Positions 14,229-32,047 of a stretch of DNA of 64,000 nucleotides are shown piece after piece. Numbering within the stretch: position 1 is the first letter of the stretch; every line of letters starts with the position of its first letter. The translations under genes were made by a program, and so were the position numbers. Below the pieces are notes generated by a model that saw only the letters and a program-made list of their open reading frames with translations, did no database searches and was not told the DNA's origin. The DNA lies in assembly GCA_951406725.2 (NCBI GenBank), contig OX597819.1, forward strand, positions 106,578,001-106,642,000, in the 5' to 3' direction. This DNA comes from Octopus vulgaris. Lineage: Eukaryota.

Positions 14229-14992
14229 TTGGGAGTAATTGTGGACAACAACGTAAGCTGGGCCACTCATATAAACACCAAAGTTGACATGGCCCGCAGA
14301 ATGTGTTCCTGGATTCTCAGAACTTTCCAGTCGAGAGATATCCACACCATTATCCTTCTCTTCTCCACTTTTGCCCGACCCCACCTTGAATACTGTTGTC
14401 CACTGTGGTCTCCCCACACAATACAAGGTATCAAAAAAGTCGAAGCACCTCAAAGGGCAATCACAAAAAAGATAGATGGCATGACAGGCCTCGACTATTG
14501 GGGTCGACTAGAAAAGCTAAAACTCTATTCTCTCCAACGTCGTCGTGAGCGCTACATCATCTGCATGATGTGGAAAATATTCCATCAGCATTGCCCAAAT
14601 GATGTTGGCATCACCTTTAAGGTACATCCAAGGCTTGGGCCCCGTGCCATCCGCCCAAAACAAAAATCGCACTCTCATCTCATAACAACAATACGGCACA
14701 ATTATTTCACCTCAATTGGCCCCGCTCTCTTTAACATTACACCAAAACACATTAAAACAGAAACTGACCCTATAGGGTTCAAGAAGTCTTTGGACAGATT
14801 CCTTCAAGAAATCCCGGATAAACCCCCTACACCCGGATATGTCTATGTAAACAATAACTCTCTACTTGAGTGGGCCATAGTGCCCAAATTCTGACTTGAA
14901 AGACTTCACCAGGTGGTGCTATTAAGTTAGACATGGCCTGGGCCAATAATGGCCGAAACCTATCAAAGTATCAAAGTATCAAAGTATCAAAG

Positions 14993-14993
<1 letters not shown>
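14229..14993 (+). mobile_element. 5'-truncated CR1/L2-group LINE (second family): RT C-terminus, 3' UTR and (TATCAAAG)n tail, inside (TA)n
   Basis: ORF LGVIVD...RPHLEYCCPLWSP...LYSLQRRRERY is homologous to the 3' end of the 7818-10043 RT. The octamer tail is at 14961-14993. Confidence 0.9.
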
Positions 14994-15023
<30 letters not shown>

Positions 15024-15138
15024 GTGTGCATACATACATACATACTCATACACACACACACACTTACACATACATATATACACACACTTACACACATATA
15101 TATATATATATATGTGTGTACATATACACACACATATT

Positions 15139-15188
<50 letters not shown>

Positions 15189-15361
15189 CACACATACACA
15201 TACACACATACACACATATATACATACATATACACACATACTCACACACACACATATATATACATACATACACATACACATACATATATATATATATACA
15301 TATATATACACATGCACATACGTATAACTCTACATACCTACATATACATACATATATATAT

Positions 15362-15422
<61 letters not shown>

Positions 15423-16414
15423 TATATATACCCATCTACAATCTGTATATACACACACATACATACATATAAATATATAAACATATATATATATATATAT
15501 ATATAAATATATAAACATATATATATATATTTATATATATATATATGCGCATAGACACATATAGGTGCACACACATGTACATATTCACACAAACACTCAC
15601 ACACATAAAATGGGTTACTTAGTTCAATGATGAGGATTCAGTTGTTTGATCAACTGAATTACACGCTCCTGAGTTGAACTGGATTAAACGTCTGAACATC
15701 GCAGGTACATGTACCCTTAACACAATTGTTAAGCAGGCTAACGATGACGTACTTCTAGAATTGCATGTACAATGCATACGAAGGATTTCTACGTTTCCCA
15801 CAATACTTTTACACAAAATATGTGTTGATCTGTGGCTGTAGAAAATGGATTCGCCCAAAACCCAACTCAGTATCACCGAACACAGAACCTTGTTGTTCTG
15901 TTGGCGACACCGTGCCTTTATACTCACGCAAGTATAAACGCTTACTCAATCATGGACTTATTTACACTTGGAGTCGCTCATGACAAGACTCTTAACTGAT
16001 AATCACCTCTGATTTCCCAATTTCGTTTAAGTAATATATGTGTGTGTATTTGTGCATATGTAAACCAATATATGTGCATTTTTGCATATATATGCACGTA
16101 TGTGTTTGTGTGATAGAGAATATTTGTTCCCGCAGCGAAAAGAAAACATAGTCCAGAATTTGTCTGTCTGTCTGTCTCTCTCTCTCTTTATATATATATG
16201 TGGCTTCGACATCCACGCGGATAGGAAAGCCTTGTCATTTTTCTTTCGAGGGCTTATATGCTTCTTTATTAGACTATTTTCCTTAGTCATTGCACGGTGA
16301 TCGCCATAAGGTTTAAGCTGACATAAAAATACTAGTATTATTATATACAAGATTGTAAAAACGGTGCCATATAAAAGACCATTTACACCGAAAGCACACA
16401 CACACACACACACA

Positions 16415-16501
<87 letters not shown>

Positions 16502-18294
16502 TCTTGCCCACGCTTGACGCTCATCTCTGATTCCAGCTTTTATGATTTCTATTCTTCATCCTACCGGAGAATTCTAATTATATATCAGCTAATCCGACGA
16601 TCCATGTGCGGCCAACACTGTCTCCACAAAATTTTATGTGACTAATGATGCACCGACAATGTCTACAGCTGTTGGAATCAAAGAATATTCCTGAGCAGAC
16701 AGCGAATGTGATGGCTGTTTATAACGCACGTTTTACAGCACCTTGTTTGTTTGATGGATCAACAACTCTCGTTAACTGAACAGTATGTTCGATTGCCTGG
16801 AAAAGAATATATGTCCAGACCATCACAGCCTACAGTGGGTTTTCTATTAATATTTTCAATGTGTATAGAAGATTCTTGATAGGTAGGTGCGACGATGTTC
16901 TCGAGCAGAATCTAAGCATCTATAAAATCAGTCGCAGAATTTTCGTATAACAGCCTGTAATTCCTGTTCTTGCTGTTCAATCAAGGGTATTGCTAGTTCC
17001 CGACAAAATCTAGAAGCAAGTTATGCCATATCTAGTTGAGGTATGTTAAGAATAACTGAATGTTTGCTGCACCTACTCGTACTCTGACTGAGCATCATTG
17101 ATTTGCGTAGTGCGTAAAATAGCAGTTTGGAGTGAAAGACTTACCGCTGCTATGATCAAAAGGGAATTTTCTGTTTGTTGGCAATGGGAAAGCGATTATA
17201 TGGTACAACATAGAAAAGAACGAGAAGAGATAAATACTCTTTTGGATAAACTCTCACGGAATTTAAAGATTTTTTTAGACGTAAGTTGAAATATATGTAC
17301 AAACAATGACTAGATTTGCTAAAAGTAGGTGATAGAGTCGGGTATGAACCCATTGTGATTATATAGCGAGGAAACTGTATGAATAGACCACATGTCATTG
17401 ATTGTCAATGTAATCCGGTGATCTGTAGTCTCTCTGACTGACTCTGCCTTACTGACATCCTACGAAGAAGTTTAATTTAATTTTTTATATGGTTTTCTTT
17501 TTTTACATGCATACTGTTTTTATAATGAATCCTGCGAAAATTCCTACTGTTTCAGTAATTTGTTTACTTAATGTCACTTCATTCGTCGTCTTGTGATAAT
17601 AAAGAATTTATTATCATCATCATCATCATCATCATCCTTCTTCCTCTTCTTCCTCTTCTTCTCCTCCTCCTCCTCCTCCTCCTCCTCCTCCTTCTTATTT
17701 TGACTTGAAGGATATAACTATAGTTGCTTGTCAGAAAGTATTAGATCATCTTTATTAATGTACATGGAAGCTTACCGAATTATCGAATGGTGTGGCAATC
17801 TTCAAAGAATATGTACAAATTCTTTTCTTACTGTTTTCTGGACCATGTACTTATTTCTCTTTAGATGCAATGCTTAATGCTTTTATAAATGGGATTCTGT
17901 AGAATTCCGGTTGTATCGTGAATGCGCGTAGCATAGCTTTTAAACTGCTGAATTCAGAACAGTAGGGCTGTGAATTCAATTCACAATAGAGTGACACATT
18001 GTGTTCTTGGTCAAAACACTTCAGTTCAAGTTGTTCCAGTGAACTTAGCTTAAAATATGTATCTGCAGCCGTTGGGAGTTGCTCCAACCAGCGGTGGATT
18101 GGGAGTAGGTATGTCTAGGGACGATATTGTACTCTCTATCGCTGGTACGACAAAGTAACTGGGATAAACTCCGGAAAAGTGCATACTGACCCGTAACAGA
18201 CTTTCCTGTGACAAGATAAAGGACAAATTTATTTATAATAATATCATTAATTCAATAGTTACAAATTTATAAATTCTGTAATTGTTATTTGCTT

Positions 18295-18520
18295 ATTTTT
18301 TACTGCCCACAAGGGGCTACCATAGAGGGGGCAAACAAGGACAGACAAACGGATTAAGTCGATTATATTGATCCCAGTGCGTAACTGGTACTTATTTAAT
18401 CGAACCCGAAAGGATGATAGGCAAAGTCAACCTCGGCGAAATTTGAACTCAGACCGTAGAGGCAGACGAAATACTGCTAAGCATTTCGCCCGGCGTACTA
18501 ACGTTTCTGCCAGTCGCCGC
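18295..18520 (-). mobile_element. tRNA-derived SINE, family B
   Basis: Reverse complement of the copy at 48445-48675 (GGCAGAAACGTTAG...GAGTTCAAATT...CTTTGCCT..CATCCTTTCGGG). Confidence 0.85.
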
Positions 18521-19909
18521 TATTTATTTATTTATTTATTTATTTATTGTTATTTTCTGGAAAGTAACTGTACCAATTCTAAAGTATCAGTATTTGCACA
18601 AGCTTGATATCATTCATTCTAACTGAAAATCGGATGGCGGATACATTTGAAAATTTTAAAGACGTGTTTAAACTTTTCGTTACTATATTTTGTTGAAATA
18701 TTACTTTGTTTCAATTAATTTTGAAATTTATGAAAAAATTAAGTAAACTTACTTTATCATGAAGAAATGGTGTTTGAAATATTAATATGAAATTTCGGTG
18801 GAAGATTTTAATTTAGATTACTGTAGAACAGGATATTTGTGGGGGCTCAGACAGGTAGTATCATAATTACTATTTCAATAGAGGCTATAATTACTTTACA
18901 TTTCGGCTTATATCAACATTTTATAATAATTTAAGGTGATTTATAAAGATTGCCAGTTCTTACAAGGAAAATTCTAATAGGAACTTCTGTGTGTGCTTGC
19001 GTGTTCAGGCGATACCTGGTGGTGCGTCTCTATGGTGAAGTTCCACAATACTTTAACATTTTATTTCTAATATTCTGATTTTGTACATATTTTAAAGACA
19101 AAAGATAACAATTTTATATTTGCTTCTCGTGGAGGAAGGTATGCCCATCTGTTTTAGGCTGTGAGATTGATGTAAAGTTGTTTTTTTATAATCTTTCGTT
19201 TCAAGATCAACAGAAAGACATAAACAGGAATAATAATCTAGAGGACTGATATTTGGAAGAGACGGACTAAGTACAGTTGTCAGTAAGGAGGGACGGTACA
19301 GGGTTTCGAAGTAACAAAGGTGACAGGAATTGGAAATATTGAGAATGCCTGCATGGTGGAGGGACGATTTGAAGGAATTTGAATCTTATTTCTAGCAGGT
19401 CGAGCGATCGCACCGATTCTTTTTCATTTATCCATTCCGGTTATACTAGTGGGATCTGATTATACAGTCGAAAGGCAGTTTAATATTGCTGTTACCGTTG
19501 ACCATCACGTTTAGATATAGCATATTTTTAGGGATGAAGACGAGATTAAGTTATCTGATATGCTATTTTGTATTTAAGGCGGCAAGCGGCAATTGGAATA
19601 ATTGATGATAGCAGAACAAATTACCAGGTTGAGGTTCCCCTATTGGCTTCAGTTAGCTGCTACTTCTATTTGTTAATCCGTTAGTGCCCAACTTATGATA
19701 AATCAGACGGAAAAGCTTGCCAAAGAAAAATAATTTTAAAATTCTAACCGCTCTACCTTTCATTTCAAAACCTATACCAATATAGACTTTAAAAATTTCT
19801 CTAGCGATATTTGTCAACTTGGGGCTCATAAATTTATTTCACATTTTGCTGCGAATTTTTCGTTCAGTAGTCATTTTGATCTGGTGAGTGAGCTTTATAG
19901 ACGGTAGGT

Positions 19910-20811
19910 TTGTGCTCTCTTGATAAGGCAATTGAGCTTTACTCTGGGTACCATGGAATGAAGCAGTTTATACGAGGAAAGCCTATCCATCCTGGATTTA
20001 AGTTTTGGGGACTTTGATTAGATTTCAACTGTATACTGGTGCAGGAGACAAAGTGGCAGGAAAACATGTTGGATCTTCAGTAACAGAATGACTTTGTTTA
20101 GACTTTCTGCCTCAGGGTGCTTGCATCTTTATGGAGAATTATTTCATTTCTTTACCCTTGATGCAGTCATTATCAAATGAGTGTCTCTTTTGTGTTGGAA
20201 CTACCAGGAAAGACCGAAATGAGCAGGCACCATTAGAGGACCTAAGTAATTCTTAGCGAGGTACATATTGCGCAATTGAAGATCAAGTAAATGGAATTAT
20301 TCTTGTTAGGTGGAACGATAATAAGCAAATGAATAAGCATTGTTTGAAGTCTGTAGTTGTAAGCGATAGAAGAAAACTGAAACAAAGCAGCTTTCTGTAC
20401 CACAGCTCAATATTGTTAAGTTTTACAACAAGCGAACGGATGGAGTCGATCTTTTTGGTAAAAGGAATGGATTTTACAGAATTTGAATTTGATAAAAAAA
20501 GTGGTATTGGCCTTGGTTTCGCTTTTGTTTCAGCGGTAGCATGGAGAAACTATGGATCTTGTACTATTAAACTGAAAAGAACAATTCTCTCTAGGAATTC
20601 GTCTGACAAATTGTTAGAACCAAGTCGAGGAGTCCGTCCTGAAATAATGAAACAAGTTCTTGAGACAGTTACATTTGATCGTAAAAACCACTTGGTCAAG
20701 AAAAATGATACGCAGAGGTGTGCAGTATGTGGAAAATATGTAAAGTTTGTATGCATTAAATTTAATGTTGGGTTTCTTTCTGATGCAGGTTTTGTTGCTT
20801 ACCATCGGTAA
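19910..20811 (+). pseudogene. Degraded piggyBac transposase
   Basis: Fragments YHGMKQFIRGKPIHPGFKFW, IRFQLYTG, IFMENYF, VGTTRKDR..APL, LVRWNDNK and a C-terminal Cys-rich RCAVCGKYVKFVCIKFNVG...FVAYH. Contains stops and frameshifts. Confidence 0.8.
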
Positions 20812-21711
20812 AGGTATACACTAAACTATTTCTCGTCATAATGACCGTTAATATTAATGGCTTTTAGCGTAATTTCTTTCAATAAAGATATGTAAAAGGA
20901 TATTTTCTTTATCCCTAAACCCTCATAAAACAGAAAACTGCTATGCCCTGCGTATGATATGTCATACGTTAAGAATAAATGTGGAAACTGCGAATTGTTT
21001 TGTAAAAATCAATGATTTACGAAGTTGGTTGCAGCTTTTTACTTACTGAGTACATATTCCAACAAGGTCACATTAATATGTTATCAATTTGTCAATTACT
21101 GAATCGATGTAATCGGTTAACCTCTTTCCTTACAATTACTACCCTTGGGCCTAAATTAGTAATAGTTATTTATGGGTGACAATCACTGGACGAAATAATT
21201 GATGCAATGTAAAATATGCTTTTGAATCCTCCTCGCAGAATTCAGTATAGCGTGCTGTGGCTGAGCTCTTGCCATCTCCTCTCATGCATTTCCTATCTCA
21301 TAAATTTCCTCTCTTTCTGTACCCTTCTGACCTATACTAACCTCCTTAAAATTTTTTTCCCTTTACACACTTATATTTTACCTAACATACGAGAAAAGAT
21401 TTAATCCTGTTTTTGTTTAGTCTGTGATTTCTGTGTGTTTATTTTACCATTTCGTTGAACTCATAGTATAGCTCCTTTCAAAAAATTATCTATTCTTATG
21501 GAAATTATGGATAGAATAAATGAAATTTAGTATTTTTTAAAAATGCCTCTTTGTTACTCTTGGGCTTTTGTTTTGGTATTCTTTCTTAACTTTACAATTA
21601 CAATTGTTTTTTCTTCAACTGAATGATGTTGTACAACAGTTCTTTGTTTGGATATTTCACGCTGTTTCTCCATCAGTCTTTCACTAATTTCTCACCGCTC
21701 CTCTGGTGTAT

Positions 21712-21762
<51 letters not shown>

Positions 21763-22502
21763 TTTGTCTCACTTCCTCTTTCCCTGGATACCCCGCCATT
21801 AGTCTAACCGTCTGTATACATGTCTGTCTCTCTCTGATCTCACTTTCTCCCTCAATTCTCTCTCTGTGGTCTTTTAGTTTGCTTGTTTCTCTCGTAGTAT
21901 GCCTGTCTATTTGTCTGTCTCACATATTTATCTTTTTTTCTCTCTCTCATTCATCTCTTTCTTTCGTGTTCTTTCATCCTCTCATATCTCTGTCTCCTTT
22001 TTATAGTTAACAATATCAGTGACCACTTCTCTAAGCTATGTTATTTAAGTAGGTCAGTAAGTCTACGGTACAAACGATGCACTAGAGGTGACACCTGGTG
22101 AATTCGAATGCGAAGCTCTGCGATTGTAAAGTAAATTACTTAATCACTTGCAAACTGGCAAACTAGTGTTACTAATATTTCTGAAAATAAGTTTCCAGAT
22201 GCCTTTCCTAATGTTAATGTGAGCTGAAAACTGGTTAAAGACGACTATATTTCAAGAATACACATATATTTTAAATCGATATCACTTCAGACGTTTTCAA
22301 GTCAATATGGTACCAAAATACTTTCATAACTTGGAGCCAATTCATGAGAATTCAATTTGTCACTAGAGTCTAGAAATAGCAGCCATATAGCGAGTCAATC
22401 ACAAGCTGCCATCTTAGATAAAGGAATCCACCCGACAACCTAGGTTTGATAATGAAATATAAAACAAAATGGAAACTATACACAGACACATAGACAAATG
22501 TG

Positions 22503-22542
<40 letters not shown>

Positions 22543-22719
22543 CAAAGAGAGAGTGGGAGCGAAAGATAGAACAATAAAATAATTAGTCTTTCCTTTAGCC
22601 GGTTCAATGTTCCAAAGACGCGGGTAACCATATTTTAATTTTCAAAACGTATCAGCCCGAGAAGCAGAGCCTTCGAATTATAATTGCAGCCCACCTGAGT
22701 AACATCTATACTGTTCTCG

Positions 22720-22965
22720 AATTAAGTTGAAATCATCATTATATTCACCAAGCTATTGAAGCCACTTATTGAAGTATTATTCCAGAATCCTAGTAATAAT
22801 CCTAGTATTATTCTAGTCTTTAATGCCTTGGAACCAAAAACTGGCGTTCTTCCTGATCTTATTATGTTATGTCCTAGAGCACTCTCCTTTAATATTTTCA
22901 AAAGGGATGGGTATGCCACAAGAAATTCATCCCCAGTAATCTAGTGTCCCAAATTGTTACTTCAC
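22720..22965 (-). pseudogene. Possible decayed GIY-YIG (Penelope-like) fragment
   Basis: [20 protein letters not shown] resembles the 'SALxxHxxxxGH' segment of PLE endonucleases. The match is weak. Confidence 0.3.
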
Positions 22966-22979
22966 TAGCTTTATACGTA

Positions 22980-25841
<2,862 letters not shown>

Positions 25842-25931
25842 CCACACATATATAGATCGCCATGTTGATTCGTTAGTTACTGCACGCATTTTTTTCTCTC
25901 CTTCTTTCTGTGTTTTTTTTCTCTCTGTGTA

Positions 25932-25970
25932 TCCTTCTGTTGAAGAGCGTAGGCTCGAAACGTTAAAGAC
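25932..25970 (+). ncRNA. Degenerate minimal Penelope-type hammerhead motif
   Basis: CTT-CTGTTGA-A-GAGC gtag GCTC-GAAACGTT-A-AAG. Stem II is a perfect 4 bp and stem III is the palindrome AACGTT, but the core has A6>U. Confidence 0.45.
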
Positions 25971-26092
25971 TTGTTTTATTTATATTTCCTGAGCGCCATA
26001 TTAATACAATTGTTTGTTTGTTTTCCACCTGCCTTCGTCTTTTGTCTATTTTCATAAAGCTTCCCGTTATATATATATATATATATATATAT

Positions 26093-26246
26093 AAAGTAGT
26101 AAATATATGGCACAACGAAGTACCGATATTTACTGGAAATAGTGAACGTAATAATACGACGCTAATGTATACATTAGCGTCGTATTGTTACGTTCGCTAT
26201 TTCCAGTAAATATCGGTACTTCGTTGTGCCATATATTTACTACTTT
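26093..26246. repeat. 154-bp spacer-less palindrome between (TA)n tracts
   Basis: Centre TGTA|TACA at 26169/26170. Only 2 mismatches seen between the arms. Confidence 0.92.
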
Positions 26247-26308
26247 GTGTATTTTTCCCTCACGGGTTATTCTTTACTGGAAAGCAATACTCTAGTATTG
26301 CATTACTA

Positions 26309-26368
<60 letters not shown>

Positions 26369-28259
26369 CTTACTTGGAAAGGATGCGTGGCGTTCGATTA
26401 TATAATAATATAAATTATATATATGCATATATACATACATATATCTACATACCTACATATGTATGTATATATACATGCATATATGGGTACAGGACATAAA
26501 AAAAACGTTGAACACAATGAGAAACGAAAGCAAAAATAAAAACATAGAAACGAACGTTTTTCCGTCAACAAAAAAAAAACAAAACAACGAGACATACAAC
26601 ATATAGAATATTCCCCTTCTTCATTTGACCCTGTTTCATCTACTCTGCGTTCGAACGTAAAGACAAGACGCGACTCCGTTGAAACAGTCCTTACCGCAAA
26701 GTAAATTCAATAAAATTCGGGATTTTTTGCGGGGGGGGGGTGGGGTGAAAGTAGGAACAAGAACAGGGTAGTGAGAACAAAACAATGAAAACAATATAAA
26801 AGTAAGAACCGTAAACGACAGAACAAGGAGAACAAAACAGTAAAAACAAACGATGTGGGCTGTTAAGTCAAGACGATGGAAAAAGTATTCTGAACTTTTA
26901 AGTCTTTGGGAAGGTAGTAGTCGGAATGATGGCTGTCCTCTCATCACGTGTCAGCGACGAGAGATATATGCATGACAGTCACGACATAGTTTCTGTCCTG
27001 CCCAATTTAAGGCTAAGATTGAGATTGAATTTTACATTAGGAGGTTGTAAACTGAACTTTTAAACCATGTACTCACATCTGCTTTTCTTTCTCTCCCTCT
27101 CCCATCTCTCTCTTTTGTTCTCGGTATATATATCTTCAATGTAACTTTCAAAAATATATGTCTATTTTGAACTTCCGGTAACGCAAGCAATTATATACAG
27201 TAAACTCACTGGCCTCGGACGGAGTGAAATGTTCAGGAGAGGACTACAGTCCCTGCACATGTGTGAACAGAAATAACCTGTCATTTGATCACTACTTGGC
27301 AAAAAGTTTGTTTGAATATCTCTGCAACTTGTATTCCACTTTATGTTCCATTGTTTTTTTTTTTCAGTCAATATTCTTGATTTATTCGTCAATATCTTTT
27401 TTGAATTTTCATTGTCCTGTTCAATTAACAACTGCTTTGCAAAATGTCATCTTACAATAGTCTGCTTTAAAATTTGCATTATCAACTGTTGCATGCTTTG
27501 CCGGTGTTCTAGTTAGAATTAATATTTCATGTGTACCCAACCTCGTGAATTTGTTTCGACATCGCTTCTAGAAATAATGGATACTTCTTAATGAAATTGT
27601 GTATAAATACGCTTCAAATGGTGTAAATTTCGATTATTTCAGAAATTATTGCAAAAATATATATTTTATCCACGGGCGGAGAGAGGAATTTTGAAAACAA
27701 TATAAGAAAAGAAATAATTTCACATGATTCGGTTTCGTTTCCTTTTAACTTGCAGAAAAAAGGGATTTTTTTTTGGATGAAATTTTCTGTAAATACCTTT
27801 CAAAGTGTATACACTATGATTATATTGGATTTAGCATGAAAGAAGATTGTGGCCTGGCATATACATACTGACACACATCACATATATCTACATAAGTAAA
27901 CTTGAAATTTTGAAAAAGAACAAGGGATTTGTATGAGTATTTTCGCCAAAATTGCTCACAATTTTTCTTTTCTCATCGAAATTCAATATAATCGTTATCT
28001 ACATACACTGAAAAGTATTTGCAGAAAATTATCTATCTCGCCGAAATATATGACGAAACATTTTCGACTCGTGTGAATTTGTTGAAATGAATCTTCCTAC
28101 CGCCTAGAAAACATTTTTTCACAACAAATTTCGATAAAATCGAAATTTACAATGCCTCAAAAGTATTGGTAGGAAATTGTAGAACCACCCCTTGTTCGTG
28201 AAGGCATCAAGAAAAATGTGGGAAGCTCCCAATGTTGTAGGCATGCCCATTATTTTACC

Positions 28260-28645
28260 AACGGCAAATATAATTTTGGTATTTATCTTTACACTATAAG
28301 TAATACTAAGATTAAAATGCTACTAAATATTTTCATATCGGTTTGCTTCGCTTCACTTTTATTTTGTGTCTAACAACATTTTGTGTCTAACAACATTTTG
28401 TGTCTAACAACATTTTGTGTCTAATAACTGCATGTTATACACAAACAAACCATACACTTCTTTCGATTGCATGAAAAGGGTAATGTGAATGAGATGACCT
28501 CAATTTTTTACTGCATATAAACGGCAAATATAATTTTGGTATTTATCTTTACACCATAAGTAATACTAAGATTAAATTGCTACTAAATATTTTCATTTTT
28601 ATTATTATTGTACCTACCCGAGCCATGAGCTTGTCCACTAGTAGC
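28260..28645 (+). repeat. 77-bp direct repeat (28260, 28519) around an 18-bp tandem, ending in CTAGT; possible non-autonomous Helitron 3' end
   Basis: AACGGCAAATATAATTTTGGTATTTATCTTTACAC occurs twice and ATTTTGTGTCTAACAAC about 4 times. The region ends CCCGAGCCATGAGCTTGTCCACTAGT. Confidence 0.4.
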
Positions 28646-28794
28646 ACTAGCTCATCTCTCTCTCCAACGAACCATCGTAAGAACTGGCTAGTGATGTGCG
28701 TGGAATTGCTATTCTCTTTATATTTAAACGAGTTTAAATGTGCATAATTTCATACATTATTCTATACATTACAACTGCACAGTGTATTTTCTTT

Positions 28795-29066
28795 TTAGAT
28801 TGGCACTCTATCAGTTATGATGACGCGGGTTCTAATTGATCCGATCAACATAACAGCCAACTCCTGACAAACACGCGTACCATTAACGTAATTCTCGGGG
28901 AAATTCAGCGGGACACAGAATGTGTTAATGCTGACTCTATGAAATACAGGTACAACTTGTATTTGCCAGCCGAGTTCACTGGAGCTACGTAAAATAAAGT
29001 GTCTTGCTCAAGTACAAATGTGCCACTGGGGATCGAACCTTATGATCGTGATCCGAATACCTTCAC
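28795..29066 (-). mobile_element. Decayed tRNA-derived SINE, family C
   Basis: Minus-strand B-box-like GGTTCGATCCCC followed by TTGAGCAAGACACTTTATTTTACG. A related decayed segment lies near 17930-18050. Confidence 0.55.
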
Positions 29067-31732
29067 TTACAGTATTTATGTCAGAAAACATAGGCAACCA
29101 AAGCTTTTGTTAACAACATCACGTTGTGAGATCGGCCCCGCAATCTAAATTGTTGGCAATTGCGCATCTAAACCACACGTCCATCTAAGTATATAAGTGT
29201 TATTAGCCTCATGGAACCGAACGGTCGTTTATTTATGATGGAATATTAAGTAGCCTTTCACCTTTAGATGCATTGATACTATAGACATTTCTTAGATTAT
29301 ATTTTAATTTATTGCGATTATTGTTTTAATTGACGGAATCGTCTTTCTCGAACGTCATTAAGTGATTCAGATTTAAAGTTAATTAGAAGACACTATGATT
29401 ATCATACAGCTTTCTTTGTGATAATGACGTATGCGCCGTGCGTCATTTGTCATCTGTAACGAATACCTGTAACTATTGTTAAATGATATTATTAAGATGC
29501 AACACAATATGATAAATACGATATGACGCCATAAATAATAATTTTGACTAGTTTGAATGTCCTCATTAATTTTTTTATTATCACGTTGTTACATTTGTTT
29601 CTGACATATTTGTTATTATTGGAAATTATTTTAAACTGATGTAGCAGATATTTTTGTCATTTAAACAAAGGGGAAAAATGAAACAAACTTATTTCTTTAA
29701 AATGCAACTGATAGCAATTTTTTCACTATTTTGTAATTGTATGCATGTCTGCCAACAGCCTATTAGATTCATGCTCATCTACTCAAACATACTATGTAAT
29801 GATTCATGAGGCAGGGAGAGCTTTTACATGGTTATTCCACGTGCAAAAATAAAGAGTCTGTTTCGTTCAAATTACATCATTTGTGTTACAATTGGCACTA
29901 ATTGATATAACAAACAGATCACCAGGTCTTCAAAGCAGAATTATAGACGATATACAATATACAAGTGGGCGTGATCAGAGATTACTACATAACATATGGA
30001 AAGGTCGGAGTCTATACAACTATAAAACAACATACTTAGCATAACGAAGAAACTAAACGCAGTGAGTGAAAAAGGAAGTAAATGCAACATGTTCGGACTA
30101 TCATATTGCAACATATACTGCCCACAAGAATGAACTGTATGGTAGTAAGCTAAGCAGAGATATGATTGAAGTGCAAATATAGAATAGCAGTTACAATTGT
30201 TCAACTGACTACCTGTACTTATCAGGTCTACTGAATTAGAGGTGGCTGGTTTTTCATAACTACAACAATGGTCTTAATAAGATTCTGCACATTTTAATAA
30301 GCTCTTATTATTTATTGTAATTCCGCCTGAGTATCAAAGCTTACTACAAGCAGTTTCTTCTAAAATCTAAACGCCTCTCATTGATGTCAGAAAGATAAAA
30401 TAAAACCCATCTGATTTGAGTAATAAAACTTAATATATTCACATGTGTCTTTTGAGCAAGCGATGGCCACTATGCGAAAACAAGCCACAACAATCAAATT
30501 CCTAGCGAATACTATTTCAGGCACACACACACACACACACATACACACTCTCTCTCTCTCTCTCTTTCTCTCTCTCACACACACACACACACACGCATAC
30601 ACACAAAAATACGGATTCAATATGATCCTACTTAGAATGATTGGGAGTAACGGTGGGCCATTAAGGCTGGAAAGTTTGGTTACAAGTTCAAAGTGAAGTC
30701 AGGGTTGAAATTCGACAACAACAAAATCAAAAAACGAAGCATTCTAATGAAATAGGCATAACATGGACAGCCACGGTTTAACAACATGAAAGCAGGTAAC
30801 GAGCAACTTCATCGTGATCATCGGAGATGCAAAAAGTAGATAAATAAAGTTCCCTAAAACCATTTTTATCTCTTAACAATATTAAAATCCCATTTGATTG
30901 ACTATTTTTGGATAGACTAATTTTGAGTAGGAGATCAGATTTTAGGTTTCCTACATTGTCAGATGTGATGTGGGAATTAAACAACAACAAGCTTTAGGGA
31001 CTTTTTTTTTCAGAATTGTAAATAGCGAATTTTATAAATTTCCGTGTAGTCTTCAAGTAAATGTTGACAGTTAGATGTTTGTTTTGACAGGCATTCTTCA
31101 TGGTATAACAGAATGATTAGCCACCGGAGAAAAAATACAAATTACAACTTCAATTATGAAACAAATCAGGGTAGAATTAATAACATAATGCAAAGGAATA
31201 ACAAACAACTTCCCAAATAAACCGTTTCATTTACACGTTTAGTCCCTTGCGTTGGAACATTCCAATTATATGAGATTAATTTGTGCATCATATATTTAGT
31301 ATAAGGTGTATATCGTTCGAGTCTTGTAGGGTGACTAGTTTATATTTTATTTACAGTGTATGCTTATATTCTATGTACAGTGTACGTATAAACTAGTTCA
31401 AATTTGTATAAATCATTTCTTATGTAAAAACAAATGTTTGCCAGCGTGTTAAGGTCGTACGATGAACATCATATACAAACCAATCTCATAACTTTTGATT
31501 GAAGTAGTACAGATGACTAAAAGTATGAACATACATGCATACATACATGCCTGCATCCGTCCGTCCATCCATATGTGTATACGTTCAGTCCCAACAAACC
31601 ACCAGTGCCTGAAATGAGGCAGACCGATCCGTGTACACATCGGACTGATTAGTCTTAACCGAACACACCGCGCCCGTCTTCCACGTCCATGTCATGTCCT
31701 TGGACATTGTCGACAACAACAGATGGACTAGT

Positions 31733-31776
<44 letters not shown>

Positions 31777-31793
31777 TGTGTGTGTGTGTACTA

Positions 31794-32047
31794 TATTATT
31801 AAAGCTCCAAAATGTTCACAAAAATATCACAAAAACCGTGCTAGTCAGATTTTCACGTTCCCGTTTCTTGGTTAGGAATGGAACATAAATATACAATTTA
31901 CATTCACAGATGCACATTTAAAATTGGTTTTGTTTCATTGATCCTTTCAATTAACGATCTTTTTAAGAACGGGTGATATACATGAGAACACTAAGTAGCA
32001 GTTTTGTTTTATGATATTTTTGCGATGATTTTGCACCTTTAATAATA
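31794..32047. repeat. Diverged inverted repeat (~80-bp arms), probable inverted Penelope-type termini
   Basis: TATTATTAAAGCTCCAAAATGTTCACAAAAATATCAC pairs with TGATATTTTTGCGATGATTTTGCACCTTTAATAATA. Confidence 0.6.
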
